DNA of 60,216 bases from Opitutaceae bacterium (GTDB lineage: Bacteria > Verrucomicrobiota > Verrucomicrobiia > Opitutales > Coraliomargaritaceae): contig JBPOGA010000023.1 in the NCBI GenBank assembly GCA_051252415.1, forward strand, positions 1 to 60,216, given 5' to 3'. The notes beneath the pieces were generated by a model. That model saw only the letters and a list, made by a program, of their open reading frames with translations, did not search any database and had not been told where the DNA came from. Positions 47,982 to 57,832 of this stretch are shown piece by piece (the first letter of the stretch is position 1; each line of letters starts with the position of its first letter). The translations under genes were made by a program, and so were the position numbers.

Positions 47982-48500
47982 TCAATTTTGAGATTCGGCG
48001 TAGATGGCATTCATCTGTTTATATGAGTTCTCAAAACTTATACTTCTTCTAAAGTATAGATCACTAATTGCATTATTGGCTGCTCTAGATGTATCAGGGT
48101 TTAAAATCCTGCTAAGCCATGTCCGTGCCACTTGATCACCTAATTTGTCTTGAATTTCTCGTAATCCGGCTGCTGTGACATCTCCTCGAAGTGAGCCGTA
48201 AAGGCTGCTTCCTTGGCCGATCGCACATCTGATAGTTCCACCGCTGCCTTGAGCAAATAGCCAGCTATGCTCGTTTGTTGAACCAAAGTTTAGTTGTCTG
48301 TGAAATTCCGATATAGGTGTATCATTCACTATACTACTTGGTATCCAAAAGGAACGGGTGGTTTGTTTGGTAGAACCGCAATGTGTGCATACGTAGTTGC
48401 TTGTGAAAGACCCATTGGTAAAAAATGCAGCCAGCCAAACCCCGCCAACTATCAGTGCAGTTGCGAGTATGAATTTGGTGAGGCGGGGCATGCTCATCAT
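47982..48500 (-). CDS. Hypothetical membrane-anchored protein
   Basis: N-terminal TM (FILATALIVGGVWLAAFF). No recognised domain. Confidence 0.4.
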   Translation of the reverse strand: MMSMPRLTKFILATALIVGGVWLAAFFTNGSFTSNYVCTHCGSTKQTTRSFWIPSSIVNDTPISEFHRQLNFGSTNEHSWLFAQGSGGTIRCAIGQGSSLYGSLRGDVTAAGLREIQDKLGDQVARTWLSRILNPDTSRAANNAISDLYFRRSISFENSYKQMNAIYAESQN

Positions 48501-48689
48501 TTATCGAAACTTCTTTTGCTCAGGGAAATAATCGTAGCCTGCTTTGGCCAAGTAACTGATGAGAGCATCTTGATCGATGTCGTGTGTGCGGCATAGGTCT
48601 TCGAGGTCGTCGCAGTTATTGCGAATCTCGGTGTTTACGAGTCCGACGAGCAGGTGAGGATCCATTGTGGCGTATTGTGTCCAATCCAT
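48501..48689 (-). CDS. Small conserved protein (DUF4250-like, 62 aa)
   Basis: MDW...LLVGLVNTEIRNNCDDLEDLCRTHDIDQDALISYLAKAGYDY resembles the DUF4250 pattern. Its stop abuts the start of the downstream ORF. Confidence 0.45.
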   Translation of the reverse strand: MDWTQYATMDPHLLVGLVNTEIRNNCDDLEDLCRTHDIDQDALISYLAKAGYDYFPEQKKFR

Positions 48690-48855
48690 GTAGCTGAATT
48701 TGCAGTTTATTTGAGAATAAGGAAAGCAGGAAGGTAGGAAATTATTGGAGGACTTGGGGACTTCGAACGTTCATCGTTTAGTATTCGTGGCGTCCGAGCT
48801 TGCGCGGGCCTTGCGAATGAGGAGCCGCTGCAGCGAGGGCGCGAGCAAGCCACAT

Positions 48856-49392
48856 TCAGTTGAGGGCACTACCCAGTGCAACCAACCACAGCTTTGCTTC
48901 GTCGGGATGTCCAAATTTCTTCAACAGCTCTTCAATTTCTTGAATACTCGGTGCGTCGAAAGCCTGTTTTATGTCGGCAGGTAAACTGGGGCGAACTTTA
49001 CAGATGAGTGCCCACACGGCCCAGGCGCGGGCGCGGCGTTGTTCTTGGCGTTCGCCTCTTAGTCGTGTGGCCTGATGCTGGAAGCTGATGCGTGGGTTTC
49101 CGGGGAAGTCGTCGTTAGAATGATTTTTGATGATCCATGCTAGGGCGGCGTAGGGGAGTGGCCATTGCTTGAGAACGGGTGCTTCATTGGTGACGTTGGC
49201 ATAGAGAGCCCTTGTGATGGCTAGTATCGCCCGCCCTGCTTGTCCATTCAGCCAAAGATAGTGTCCGTATTGAAGTGCTTTGAAATAGAACTCCGCGGCT
49301 TGTTCCCTCGTATCCAGATCAGTTAGACAACGATGCGACATCGTAGCTTCAGGTGTGGGGAGATGTGGGCAAGCGTTCTTAATCTTACTCAT
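48856..49392 (-). CDS. Hypothetical protein (178 aa)
   Basis: ORF with a plausible start. No recognised domain. Confidence 0.4.
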   Translation of the reverse strand: MSKIKNACPHLPTPEATMSHRCLTDLDTREQAAEFYFKALQYGHYLWLNGQAGRAILAITRALYANVTNEAPVLKQWPLPYAALAWIIKNHSNDDFPGNPRISFQHQATRLRGERQEQRRARAWAVWALICKVRPSLPADIKQAFDAPSIQEIEELLKKFGHPDEAKLWLVALGSALN

Positions 49393-49439
49393 ACTCTTAA
49401 TCCTAATCGATTTTTCAGCGTTGTTAGTTTCTTAACTGT

Positions 49440-49480
49440 GTGGCTTCGCATGCGTGTGGCGCGCAGGGACGCGCGCCGCT
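49440..49480. repeat. F2-related GC palindrome (gtggcgcgcagggacgcgcgccgctacct) downstream of gdh
   Basis: Read directly. Similar to 22855-22890. Confidence 0.6.
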
Positions 49481-49527
49481 ACCTCTAGGATAAGAGTAAG
49501 CTTGGGAGTAGGATTATGACTTAAGAC

Positions 49528-50853
49528 CTAAGGGAAAACGCCGCGGACGTTGTAAACTTTATCGATATGCTCGATGGCGGAAGCATAAGAAGCGACGCGC
49601 ATGTTGCAGTTTAATTTATCTGCCATTGTGAGCACGCGTTGAGCGGCCGCAGTCATGGTTTTCTTAAGACGTTCATCAATGAGCTCTTCATCCCATGTTT
49701 CAGATTGACGGTTTTGTTTCCACTCAAAGTAACTGACAGTGACACCGCCAGAGTTGCATAGGATCGCGGGCAGAATTTGCACGCCTTTATCTAGGAGGAA
49801 GCGTTCAGCATGTGGCGTTGTTGGGGCGTTCGCGGCCTCTACTAGAACCTTGCAGTTCATGCGCTCGGCATGTTCGAGGTCAACCATCTGCTCGAGTGCT
49901 GCAGGGATGAATAAATCAACAGCTGTGCTATAAAAGGCTTCGTTTGATATGACTTCTGCGTCAGCAAAACCAGCCACGCCGCCTGTTGTAATAACGTGTG
50001 CGGCAAGCGCCTCAGCGTCGAGGCCATCCGCATTGTAAATGGCGCCAGTATGATCCATCACGGTGAGGAGCTTTGCGCCGCGTTCTTGTAGGAGACGTCC
50101 TGTCCATGAGCCGACATTTCCGTAACCAATCAGGCTATAAGTGAGTTGGCTGATGTCCATTTCCATGCCAGGAAGCAGGGCATCGAGCACAAAGACTAGG
50201 CCTTGTCCGGTCGCTTTTTCACGGCCTTTTGAACCGCCGAATTCGAGTGGTTTGCCAGTGACTACGCCGAGCGCAGTTGCCTTTTTTGAGTGATCTGAAA
50301 AATTGATATAGGTATCAGCCATCCACGCCATAATCTGTGCATTGGTCCCGACGTCGGGTGCTGGGATGTCATGGTCTGGGCCGATGTTACTGCCGAGTGC
50401 AGCAGTTAGGCGCCGAGTGACACGTTGTAGTTCATTTGCGCTGAGCGAGCGCGGGTCGACTCGTAGTGCTCCTTTGGCTCCACCATACGGAAGGCGGGCG
50501 AGCGCGCACTTCATAGTCATGAGAAGTGAGAGCGTTTTGACTTCGTCGAGTTTGACCTCGGGGTGAAAGCGTATGCCGCCTTTGTAGGGGCCGAGCACAT
50601 TATTATGCTGCACACGGTAACCTTTGAAAAGTCGCCATGATCCATCGTCCATTCGGACGGGGTAATGAATCATGATCTCGTTCTTAGGCTGTGTGAGAAT
50701 GAGCTTTAACCTATGTGGGACTTCAAGTGCATTGGCCGCTTCAAGGACGGATCCGATGGTTTGGAAGTAGAGGTTATGCTCGTCGTAGTGTTCCTCCAAC
50801 TCGTGAAAAATATCGCGGGCAGATTGGTAGGCGGGGGTATCGCAGGACTCCAT
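49528..50853 (-). CDS. gdhA: Glu/Leu/Phe/Val-family amino-acid dehydrogenase (glutamate dehydrogenase-like)
   Basis: Catalytic Lys region GGAKGALRVDP. Substrate-binding KGGIRFHP. NAD(P) Rossmann IGYGNVGSWTG. Confidence 0.85.
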   Translation of the reverse strand: MESCDTPAYQSARDIFHELEEHYDEHNLYFQTIGSVLEAANALEVPHRLKLILTQPKNEIMIHYPVRMDDGSWRLFKGYRVQHNNVLGPYKGGIRFHPEVKLDEVKTLSLLMTMKCALARLPYGGAKGALRVDPRSLSANELQRVTRRLTAALGSNIGPDHDIPAPDVGTNAQIMAWMADTYINFSDHSKKATALGVVTGKPLEFGGSKGREKATGQGLVFVLDALLPGMEMDISQLTYSLIGYGNVGSWTGRLLQERGAKLLTVMDHTGAIYNADGLDAEALAAHVITTGGVAGFADAEVISNEAFYSTAVDLFIPAALEQMVDLEHAERMNCKVLVEAANAPTTPHAERFLLDKGVQILPAILCNSGGVTVSYFEWKQNRQSETWDEELIDERLKKTMTAAAQRVLTMADKLNCNMRVASYASAIEHIDKVYNVRGVFP

Positions 50854-51126
50854 ATGGCTAGACTGTTCACTAATCTGAGAATGACAAGTGCTGTTCGAGA
50901 AATGTAGGGCTCGGGCTTTGAAACTGTCTTAAAATTGCGAAAAGTATCCTATTGGAGCGTCGGGCTCCGTCCCGACATTACGTCAGATTCAGTCCACTGA
51001 AGGTATGATGTCCGGACGGAGCCGGACGCTCCCATTTATTGAATTTTGAGGCAGTTTCCTTGCGCGATGCTTCCGGAGCAGAGTCTGCTATCACGTGTGA
51101 GCGTCGCGCAAGCGCGAGCCCTACGT

Positions 51127-51588
51127 CTAGCAATCCGGCTCTAATAGCTTTTCTATATTGCGACGGTCTTTCTTGGTCGGGCGTCCTCCACCTTTGTGTG
51201 TGACGAGTCGTGCGTTGGCTCGTTTCTCTCGTGCGGCTTCAAGGTCGGACTCGGGTGTGCGGTCTTCGTAATATTCGGCAACCGCTGGGGCGCCGACGCG
51301 TTTTTCGGTGAGGCCGATGACGTAGAGCGTCTTGGTAATCGCTTTAGTGCGGGCGATGATTGTGTCGCCAATTCGGACTTTATTGGAGGGCTTCGCGATG
51401 ACATTGTTGACGCGCACGGCTGAGCCTCGGCAAGCCTCGGAGGCATCACTGCGGGTTTTATAGACGCGCACAGCCCATAGCCACTTGTCGATACGAAGGG
51501 AGGGAACATCGAACTTCGACGGAGGTCTGCCGGAGATGGCGGAGCAACGTCCAACGTTCAATTTTGAATGCGATTGTTCGGAGCTCAT
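51127..51588 (-). CDS. S4-domain RNA-binding protein (Hsp15/YlmH-like); the N-terminal ~30 codons are encoded by an F5 palindromic element
   Basis: S4 motif IDKWLWAVRVYKTRSDASEACRGSAVRVNNVIAKPSNKVRIGDTI. The first 30 codons (MSSEQSHSKLNVGRCSAISGRPPSKFDVPS) lie inside repeat 51503-51654. Confidence 0.65.
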   Translation of the reverse strand: MSSEQSHSKLNVGRCSAISGRPPSKFDVPSLRIDKWLWAVRVYKTRSDASEACRGSAVRVNNVIAKPSNKVRIGDTIIARTKAITKTLYVIGLTEKRVGAPAVAEYYEDRTPESDLEAAREKRANARLVTHKGGGRPTKKDRRNIEKLLEPDC

Positions 51589-51654
51589 TTAAGTGAAGAA
51601 TCTTCTATCTGGAATTCAATATTGGGCGTTCGAAGTTGGACGTTCGACGTTCCC
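51503..51654. repeat. F5 palindromic element copy 3 (152 bp), overlapping the 5' end of the S4 gene
   Basis: gggaacatcgaacttcgacggaggtctgccggagatggcggagcaacgtccaacg...gggcgttcgaagttggacgttcgacgttccc. It shares the loop segment with copy 2. A half-site fragment is also found at 48760-48790. Confidence 0.8.
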
Positions 51655-51662
51655 ATAACTCC

Positions 51663-52820
51663 TTAGCGGTTATCCAGCGCGGCCTTCATTTTTTCGAGGC
51701 CTTCGATTAGGCGGCTACGCGGGCAGCCGAAGTTGAGGCGCACATGTTGCTGTCCGCCGAAGGGACCCCCATCAGTAAGGCCTACGCCGTTGTCCTCGAA
51801 AAACTTGATTGGGTTGTCGAGGCCGAGCGCGTTGACGTCGAACCACGCGAGGTAGGTCGACTCCATTGGGCGAAAGGTGATACCTGAGAGCTCTTCGTTG
51901 ATAAATTTATAGAGCAGATCGTAGTTGCCGCGCAAATACGTGAGCAATTGCTGACGCCAAGGTTCACCATGATTGTAAGCCGCTTCGCAACCAGCATAGC
52001 CAAAGCAATTCACCTCGGTGATGATGCCGCGTATGGTCTTCTGAAATTGTAGGCGTAGTTTGCTGTCTTCGATTACCGAAAAAGCGCAAGCGAGGCCGGG
52101 TAGATTGTAAGTCTTACTCGGAGCCATCAGCGTGACGGTGCGGGCGGCTACTTGTTCACTGAGTGTTGCGGTGACGATGTGTTGTTTCGTTTCGTCGAAG
52201 ACGAGGTCACAGTGGATTTCGTCCGAAATTAGGATGAGGTCGTGACGTTCACAGAACTCGCCGACCTTCAGTAGTTCGTCGCGTGTGTAGACGCGGCCGA
52301 CTGGATTGTGTGGACTGCAAAGGACGAAGATTTTTGTGCTCGGTTTGACGGCGGCCTCCATTGCATCGAAGTCGAGGGTCCACTGGTCATCTGCATTGAG
52401 GCAGAGTGGCACTTTGATTAGCTCGCGGTTTGCGTAGTCTGGTGCCGACAGGAATGGCGGGTAGACTGGTGTGGCAGTCATGACTGAGTCTCCCACTTCT
52501 GTGAACGCATGGCAGCAGAGGTTGATCGCGGGCACGAGGCCCGGAAGGAAATTCAGCCAGTGTGATTTTGCAGAGTAACTGTGTGCGCGTTCGAGGTAGT
52601 CGAGCACGGCCTGTGTGGGGCCTTCGAAAGGCACGGTATAGCCAAAGATCTGATGGTCGAGGCGCTGCTGGAGGCCGGCGACGATTTCCGGGGCTGTCTC
52701 AAAATCCATATCCGCGACCCAGAGCGGCAAGATATCGCGACCTTTGTATTTGTCCCACTTTAAGCTGCCGTAGCCTGTGCGGTCGGGGCAGCTGTCAAAA
52801 TTGTAAATGCTGTCTGTCAT
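51663..52820 (-). CDS. PLP-dependent aminotransferase of the MalY/PatB cystathionine beta-lyase family
   Basis: Class I aminotransferase fold with PLP-Lys region (LMAPSKTYNLPGLACAF) and N-terminal GYGSLKWD typical of MalY/PatB. Confidence 0.85.
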   Translation of the reverse strand: MTDSIYNFDSCPDRTGYGSLKWDKYKGRDILPLWVADMDFETAPEIVAGLQQRLDHQIFGYTVPFEGPTQAVLDYLERAHSYSAKSHWLNFLPGLVPAINLCCHAFTEVGDSVMTATPVYPPFLSAPDYANRELIKVPLCLNADDQWTLDFDAMEAAVKPSTKIFVLCSPHNPVGRVYTRDELLKVGEFCERHDLILISDEIHCDLVFDETKQHIVTATLSEQVAARTVTLMAPSKTYNLPGLACAFSVIEDSKLRLQFQKTIRGIITEVNCFGYAGCEAAYNHGEPWRQQLLTYLRGNYDLLYKFINEELSGITFRPMESTYLAWFDVNALGLDNPIKFFEDNGVGLTDGGPFGGQQHVRLNFGCPRSRLIEGLEKMKAALDNR

Positions 52821-52963
52821 ATGGTGGAGACGATCAACGCGCGAGCGGATTGCTGCAAATCATTTTGGGCGATTGTGGATAAGTCTTTATGAGAATCTGG
52901 GTAAGATTAACGCTGTGAGACTTACGTCTTGCCAATTGTGTCTCAAATCGACGGCTTAAATGC

Positions 52964-53677
52964 ATGAAACCTAAAATCAAATTGGCCGAAGCTCCTATCG
53001 TGGGCGGTGCAGTGATGGCGCTCTATGAGCACGATGGTGCATATTCCATGAGTGTGAATGGTCAGGAGCTGATGCATTCGGAGGCGCATGCTTCGGAGCG
53101 CTTGATGGGCACGCTTGGTGTTGAGAAAATACCCCTAGATGTGCAGCCGCGAATTTTAATCGGCGGGTTGGGCCTTGGTTTTACGCTGCGTAGTGTAATT
53201 GATGCGGTGGGGCCAGATGCCTTGATCGATGTGGCTGAACTCGTTCCAGAGGTGATCGAATGGAACAAGACGCATTTGAAAGATCTTAACGGCGCTCTTG
53301 TGGATAATAAAGGTGTTGATGTGTTTGCCGATGATGTGGTCGATGTGATCAGAAAGGTTAAAGCGGTTTACGATACGATTATAGTAGACGTGGATAATGG
53401 TCCCTGTGCGATGGTGGCCGATTCTAATGTGTCGCTCTATTCGAATACGGGCTTGAAACGTGTATGGGGCGCATTGAAGCCCGAGGGGCGTGCCGTTTTT
53501 TGGTCAGCCAAGCAAGATGTCGCCTTTGAGCAACGTTTGAAACGTGCTGGCTATAAGGTGCAGGCAGTGCCTGCTAAGGTTCATGCACGGGCGAAACGTG
53601 CAGCCTATATGCTTTACATCGCAGATCGCCGTAAAGGCACCGGCGAGCATCCCGACGAACTGGAGTCTGAGGACTAA
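52964..53677 (+). CDS. Spermidine-synthase-like (polyamine aminopropyltransferase fold) protein
   Basis: ILIGGLGLGFTLRSV...IIVDVDNGP resembles the spermine/spermidine synthase family Rossmann core. Confidence 0.55.
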   Translation: MKPKIKLAEAPIVGGAVMALYEHDGAYSMSVNGQELMHSEAHASERLMGTLGVEKIPLDVQPRILIGGLGLGFTLRSVIDAVGPDALIDVAELVPEVIEWNKTHLKDLNGALVDNKGVDVFADDVVDVIRKVKAVYDTIIVDVDNGPCAMVADSNVSLYSNTGLKRVWGALKPEGRAVFWSAKQDVAFEQRLKRAGYKVQAVPAKVHARAKRAAYMLYIADRRKGTGEHPDELESED

Positions 53678-53767
53678 AAAGTGCTGAGCGTCGGCTGAGT
53701 CATACTCCTACTTTTAATTGTAATCCTTTCTTTTTCAAGATCGTGATGGAGGCTCGTATCGCGATTA

Positions 53768-53930
53768 TACTGCCGCGCATCACTTTTTGTAAAGATACGC
53801 GCGATAGGAACGGGAGCAAGACGCTCCCGCCACTTTGCGAATGGCTGATCTAGGACAGTAGTGGGAGCATCTTGCTCCCGTTTTTTTATCTTTTTCGAAA
53901 TCACAAATCATCATGTGCGGCAGTATAGTT
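53768..53930. repeat. Composite palindromic element: outer 17-bp inverted repeats (tatactgccgcgcatca / tgtgcggcagtatagt) enclosing two mutually inverted gggagc...gctccc hairpins
   Basis: Read directly. The second hairpin acts as the terminator of the upstream gene. Confidence 0.6.
53863..53890 (+). terminator. Rho-independent terminator (gggagcatcttgctccc followed by TTTTTTT)
   Basis: GC stem followed by a T-run on the plus strand after CDS 52964-53677. Confidence 0.75.
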
Positions 53931-54056
53931 GACGACTTGCCGAAAGCGCTTCGCGCTTCCGCGACATTCTTAGGTAGAGGCGGACGTCCCGACCGCCATT
54001 GCAGCGTTGTTCGCTTTTGCTCGGACTTATTATTAGGATTAAGCGTAAGACTTAAC

Positions 54057-55454
54057 CTAAAATCCGATTACATAGATCGAGCCTTGTGAAACTTGCTCGG
54101 CTTGTTCGGCTGATATCCAACGCTCGCGGTAAGAAGGCCCCCAAGAGTCGCTTACGGCGATTTCTTCAGTCTCTTTATTGTAACCCACGATCATACATGC
54201 GTGTGCCGTATTGATGTCTTTGATTAGGTTGGTCGATCGGGCATCGGATTTCACATGCTTCTCCCAGGCTTCCCAATCAGTTACCTCCTGTCGCGCTTTA
54301 GTGCGCTCGTTGGCATAGTTGTTGTATTCTCTGGAAGAAAACATCGTCCAGATGATCGGTAAACCTTTGTCGATATGCTTTTGAACTGTGCGCACTTTGA
54401 TCGGCTCCTGTAGTTTCTTCATCGAACGATTTTGAGATGAGATGTAGCCATCGATCGACTCGATGATCGCCGAGAGTGACGTCCCCCCGCCGACACTTGT
54501 TTGGCCAGCCATCGCGAGGATATACATGTCTGCAGGTATCTGCATATAGCGTAAGTAGCGTTCAAAGGTTGCTGGCACGCAGTATCCTTTCGGGCCTTGA
54601 TTTACCATCGGGATATTGCCGACGATATTGTCTCCATTCTCGCGTTGAATTAGGTAGTCTGAAGTGATGGCACGCAGGGCGGCATCGGAAAGCTTTTCGC
54701 TGCGGCCTTTATTGTCGGCCATTGTCGTGCTCATTATTTTGAGCGATGCATATTCGCCATCTTGTGATGCGAGCAGAAAAGCGTGCCCTTTCCAGTCCCA
54801 GCGTTGAATGAGCTGCTTCATGCCGCGACCAGAACCGAATTGTTGGCGATCAGGCTCGCCTAATTGCTCCGTGAGCTGCGATTGGATACGGTCAACGTCT
54901 TGATCGATGGCACGCTCCATATCGCTAATTTCGCCAGCTGTGGGTTCTGGGCTGAATTTGTAGTCACCCTTATTCGCGAATACGATACTGAGGTGCTTTG
55001 TTGCACCATTGTCCCCATACAGTGCTGCCGAATAGGGGCGACTTTCGAGGATGCGGTAGTCGGATTTAGGGTAGCTTCGGTAGCTTGACTGCGTATCCGT
55101 TTTAGATTCTTGGGGCCACTTGAGCCTTTTTGCGACACTGCTTGGTTTATCATCCCAGAGAGAGTTGTCATTAAACAGCTCAATGCCTAAGCGTGCATTG
55201 ATTTCTTTATACAGATCCTTGCCTTCGGACTCTTTGGTGCTGATGAGCACTTGGCTTTCATCGGATAGTAGTGCGCGGTCGAACCAGATTACTTGCCCGT
55301 TTTCTAGGCGTATTTGGATTTGATCGGCATTTGTATCAAGAATATCGACTTCAATGACCTTACCTTCTCGGTTTGAGAGTGAAACCGCAGTGACTTGTGA
55401 AAAGAGTCCAGTCGCGAGGATTCCAAAAAGCGCGTAACGAAGGATTCTAGCCAT
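54057..55454 (-). CDS. Secreted protein with a C-terminal papain-fold (C39-like) cysteine-peptidase-like domain
   Basis: Signal peptide. Putative Cys (GPKGYCVPATFERYLRYM) and His (NTAHACMIVGY) motifs. Confidence 0.5.
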   Translation of the reverse strand: MARILRYALFGILATGLFSQVTAVSLSNREGKVIEVDILDTNADQIQIRLENGQVIWFDRALLSDESQVLISTKESEGKDLYKEINARLGIELFNDNSLWDDKPSSVAKRLKWPQESKTDTQSSYRSYPKSDYRILESRPYSAALYGDNGATKHLSIVFANKGDYKFSPEPTAGEISDMERAIDQDVDRIQSQLTEQLGEPDRQQFGSGRGMKQLIQRWDWKGHAFLLASQDGEYASLKIMSTTMADNKGRSEKLSDAALRAITSDYLIQRENGDNIVGNIPMVNQGPKGYCVPATFERYLRYMQIPADMYILAMAGQTSVGGGTSLSAIIESIDGYISSQNRSMKKLQEPIKVRTVQKHIDKGLPIIWTMFSSREYNNYANERTKARQEVTDWEAWEKHVKSDARSTNLIKDINTAHACMIVGYNKETEEIAVSDSWGPSYRERWISAEQAEQVSQGSIYVIGF

Positions 55455-55466
55455 AGCTGAAAGGTG

Positions 55467-56471
55467 TTAAGCCGAGATGTCTTTGAGCGGCACCAATTTT
55501 TGTTGGTCTGAATCCCAGATTTTCAGATTTAAGCAACGTAGCACTTCAAGGGGGTTAAGTGTCGTTGTCTTTGCATTCTGTAGCTCTGGCATTTTTGCAT
55601 ACACTTCAGGTAAACGATAGAATGGGATCTTCGAGTTGAGGTGGTGAATGTGGTGGTAGCCGATATTACCTGTAAAGTAATGCATGATCGGGCTCATTTT
55701 GCAGAAGCTTGATGATTCCAGTGCAGCGCCTTCGTAGGTCCAACCAGCATTTTCTTTGAAAACTACAGTTGGAAAATTGTGTTGTGCGTAGAAAAGGTAT
55801 GAGCCCATTGCACAGGCGATGAAGTAGGGGATGAAAATGGCGAAGATCGCTGTGGTGAACCCAAATAGGGAAATCACGATTGTGTAGAGTGCGATGTGGA
55901 GGATCAGTGAAATTAAGGAATCCTTATGGTCTTTGGTTTCAGTCAGCGCAGGCACGATACACATGCCGACTAGGAAAATAGAAAAGTAGCCGAAGATAAT
56001 CGTCATCGGGTGCCGCATGGCGAGGTATTGAGCGCGCTCTTTCTTGGTCGCACGTAGGTAGCGCTCCTTAGTCATTACCGGATAGGAGCCAATGTGTGCG
56101 CTACGCAGCTTAGAGTTGTGGTTGTGGTGGTGGTTGTGCGAGTGAGTCCAAATACTAGTCGGTGTGATTGCGATGATACCCCAGATCTGCATGAAAACTT
56201 TGGCAGCCTTTGACTTGGTCAAGATCGCATTGTGCTGGTGGTCATGATAAATGACGAAAAGGCGCACCATCAATAAGCCTAGTATGATTGAGCATGCGAA
56301 TTGAGCGATCCAGTGGAAATTATAAAGTGTGCCGCCAACTGTGAGAAGTATCAGTAGTGTGGTAGACACGACGGCCCACCAGCTTTTAGCAGTATTGTCT
56401 TTCGCGTATTGTTTTGTTGCTAAAATTAGCTCTTTGCCTGTTCTCATCGAATGTCGTTTCTTAGGGTGCAA
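55467..56471 (-). CDS. Membrane fatty-acid desaturase
   Basis: Three His boxes (HDHQHN; HSHNHHHNHN; HHIHHL). Four TM regions. Confidence 0.85.
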   Translation of the reverse strand: MHPKKRHSMRTGKELILATKQYAKDNTAKSWWAVVSTTLLILLTVGGTLYNFHWIAQFACSIILGLLMVRLFVIYHDHQHNAILTKSKAAKVFMQIWGIIAITPTSIWTHSHNHHHNHNSKLRSAHIGSYPVMTKERYLRATKKERAQYLAMRHPMTIIFGYFSIFLVGMCIVPALTETKDHKDSLISLILHIALYTIVISLFGFTTAIFAIFIPYFIACAMGSYLFYAQHNFPTVVFKENAGWTYEGAALESSSFCKMSPIMHYFTGNIGYHHIHHLNSKIPFYRLPEVYAKMPELQNAKTTTLNPLEVLRCLNLKIWDSDQQKLVPLKDISA

Positions 56472-56802
56472 AGGCGCACTGAGTGTTAACCTTCTAGGGC
56501 AATGCCATCCTTATTAAGACGCTTGCGTGAGTGTGAAGTGATCTATGCAGCCTACTTTTGCAATGATCGAATGCGTTTCGATTTTTAGGATGCAATTTTA
56601 AGTGCGGTGTAAAAAGAATAAGTTCCCTGATTTGGTAGTGTCGGCCTCCGTGCCGACTCCCGCGTTGGAGGCGCGACTCATAACAGATGCGGACACCCAT
56701 TTACGCTCTGCGAGCTACGCTGGACATTGCGGAGGTCCGCGCCCCCGTTTCCATAGTTACCCCGTTCTTAAAATTACACCCCGAGTTTTAGATCAGATGT
56801 AA

Positions 56803-57825
56803 ATGAGCTTGCGGGCAGGGGCTCTTGTCGTCGAATTCTATGTAATGGAAAACGAGCAAGCATCGGAGGAAAAGACCTTACTAGAGTGGGCTGTGCGCCT
56901 GTGCCCAGATTCTCCGAGAAAGCGGATCAAGGAATGGATCGTCGCTGGTCGCTTCTGCTTAGATGGTGCTGTGGTGACTAAGGCAGGGCTTCGTATGGCA
57001 GATCCAGGGGAGCGCTTGATTATGGGGGCTCCCGATAAAGCTCCCAAGGATTGGGGCCATCGTAAGCGTATTCACCCGAAGCTGGTGCTGGTGCACCTTG
57101 ATTCCTCTATGGCAATTGTGGATAAAGAGTCGGGCCTGCTGTCGGTGCCCGCGGATGGACAGGATAAGATCTCTGCCATCGAAGTGCTTGCGAATTATTT
57201 AAATGACCCGCGCGGTGAAGCCACACGCCGCAGCTTTTTTGGTAAAAAAGACGCGGTAAAGCCATTGCCCGTGCATCGTCTCGACCAATACACCAGTGGA
57301 TTGCTTTGTATCGCGCTGAACGATGACGCGCGTCGCAATTTGATTCAGCAGCTCCGCAGTCACGATTTTTTACGCGAATACATCGCATATGCGGATGGCG
57401 ATGCGCCGACACCTGAGGGCACATGGCGCAATCACATGCTGCTCGATGAGTCTGGCTATAATCAGACGGTTGTCGAAGCGGGCACTCCGAATGCTGTTGA
57501 GGCTGTCACTCACTACAAAGTTGAAAAAGTCTTTGAGCGTCACCATGTCAGCAAGTTGCGTATTCGGCTAGAAACAGGTCTAAAGCATCAGATTCGTATT
57601 CAAGCAGCCGAGCACGATATGGCACTTCTCGGAGATCGCTCCTATCATGACGGCACGCAAAAAGCGGTGAAGCGAAAAGGCGCAAAACTACCTTATCAAT
57701 TTCAGCGCCAAGCTTTGCATGCCGCCGTGATCGGGATCAAACACCCAGACGACGGTCGTAAGGTCCGTTTCGAATCTCGGATTCCAGGCGATATGCAAGA
57801 CCTCGAAGTCAGGCTGAGTGATTGA
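56803..57825 (+). CDS. RluA-family 23S rRNA pseudouridine synthase (RluC/RluD-like) with an N-terminal S4-like domain
   Basis: Catalytic motif HRLDQYTSGLLCIALN. Motif III (KHQIRIQAA) follows. An alternative start at MENEQ (56848) is possible. Confidence 0.85.
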   Translation: MSLRAGALVVEFYVMENEQASEEKTLLEWAVRLCPDSPRKRIKEWIVAGRFCLDGAVVTKAGLRMADPGERLIMGAPDKAPKDWGHRKRIHPKLVLVHLDSSMAIVDKESGLLSVPADGQDKISAIEVLANYLNDPRGEATRRSFFGKKDAVKPLPVHRLDQYTSGLLCIALNDDARRNLIQQLRSHDFLREYIAYADGDAPTPEGTWRNHMLLDESGYNQTVVEAGTPNAVEAVTHYKVEKVFERHHVSKLRIRLETGLKHQIRIQAAEHDMALLGDRSYHDGTQKAVKRKGAKLPYQFQRQALHAAVIGIKHPDDGRKVRFESRIPGDMQDLEVRLSD

Positions 57826-57832
57826 GGATTCC

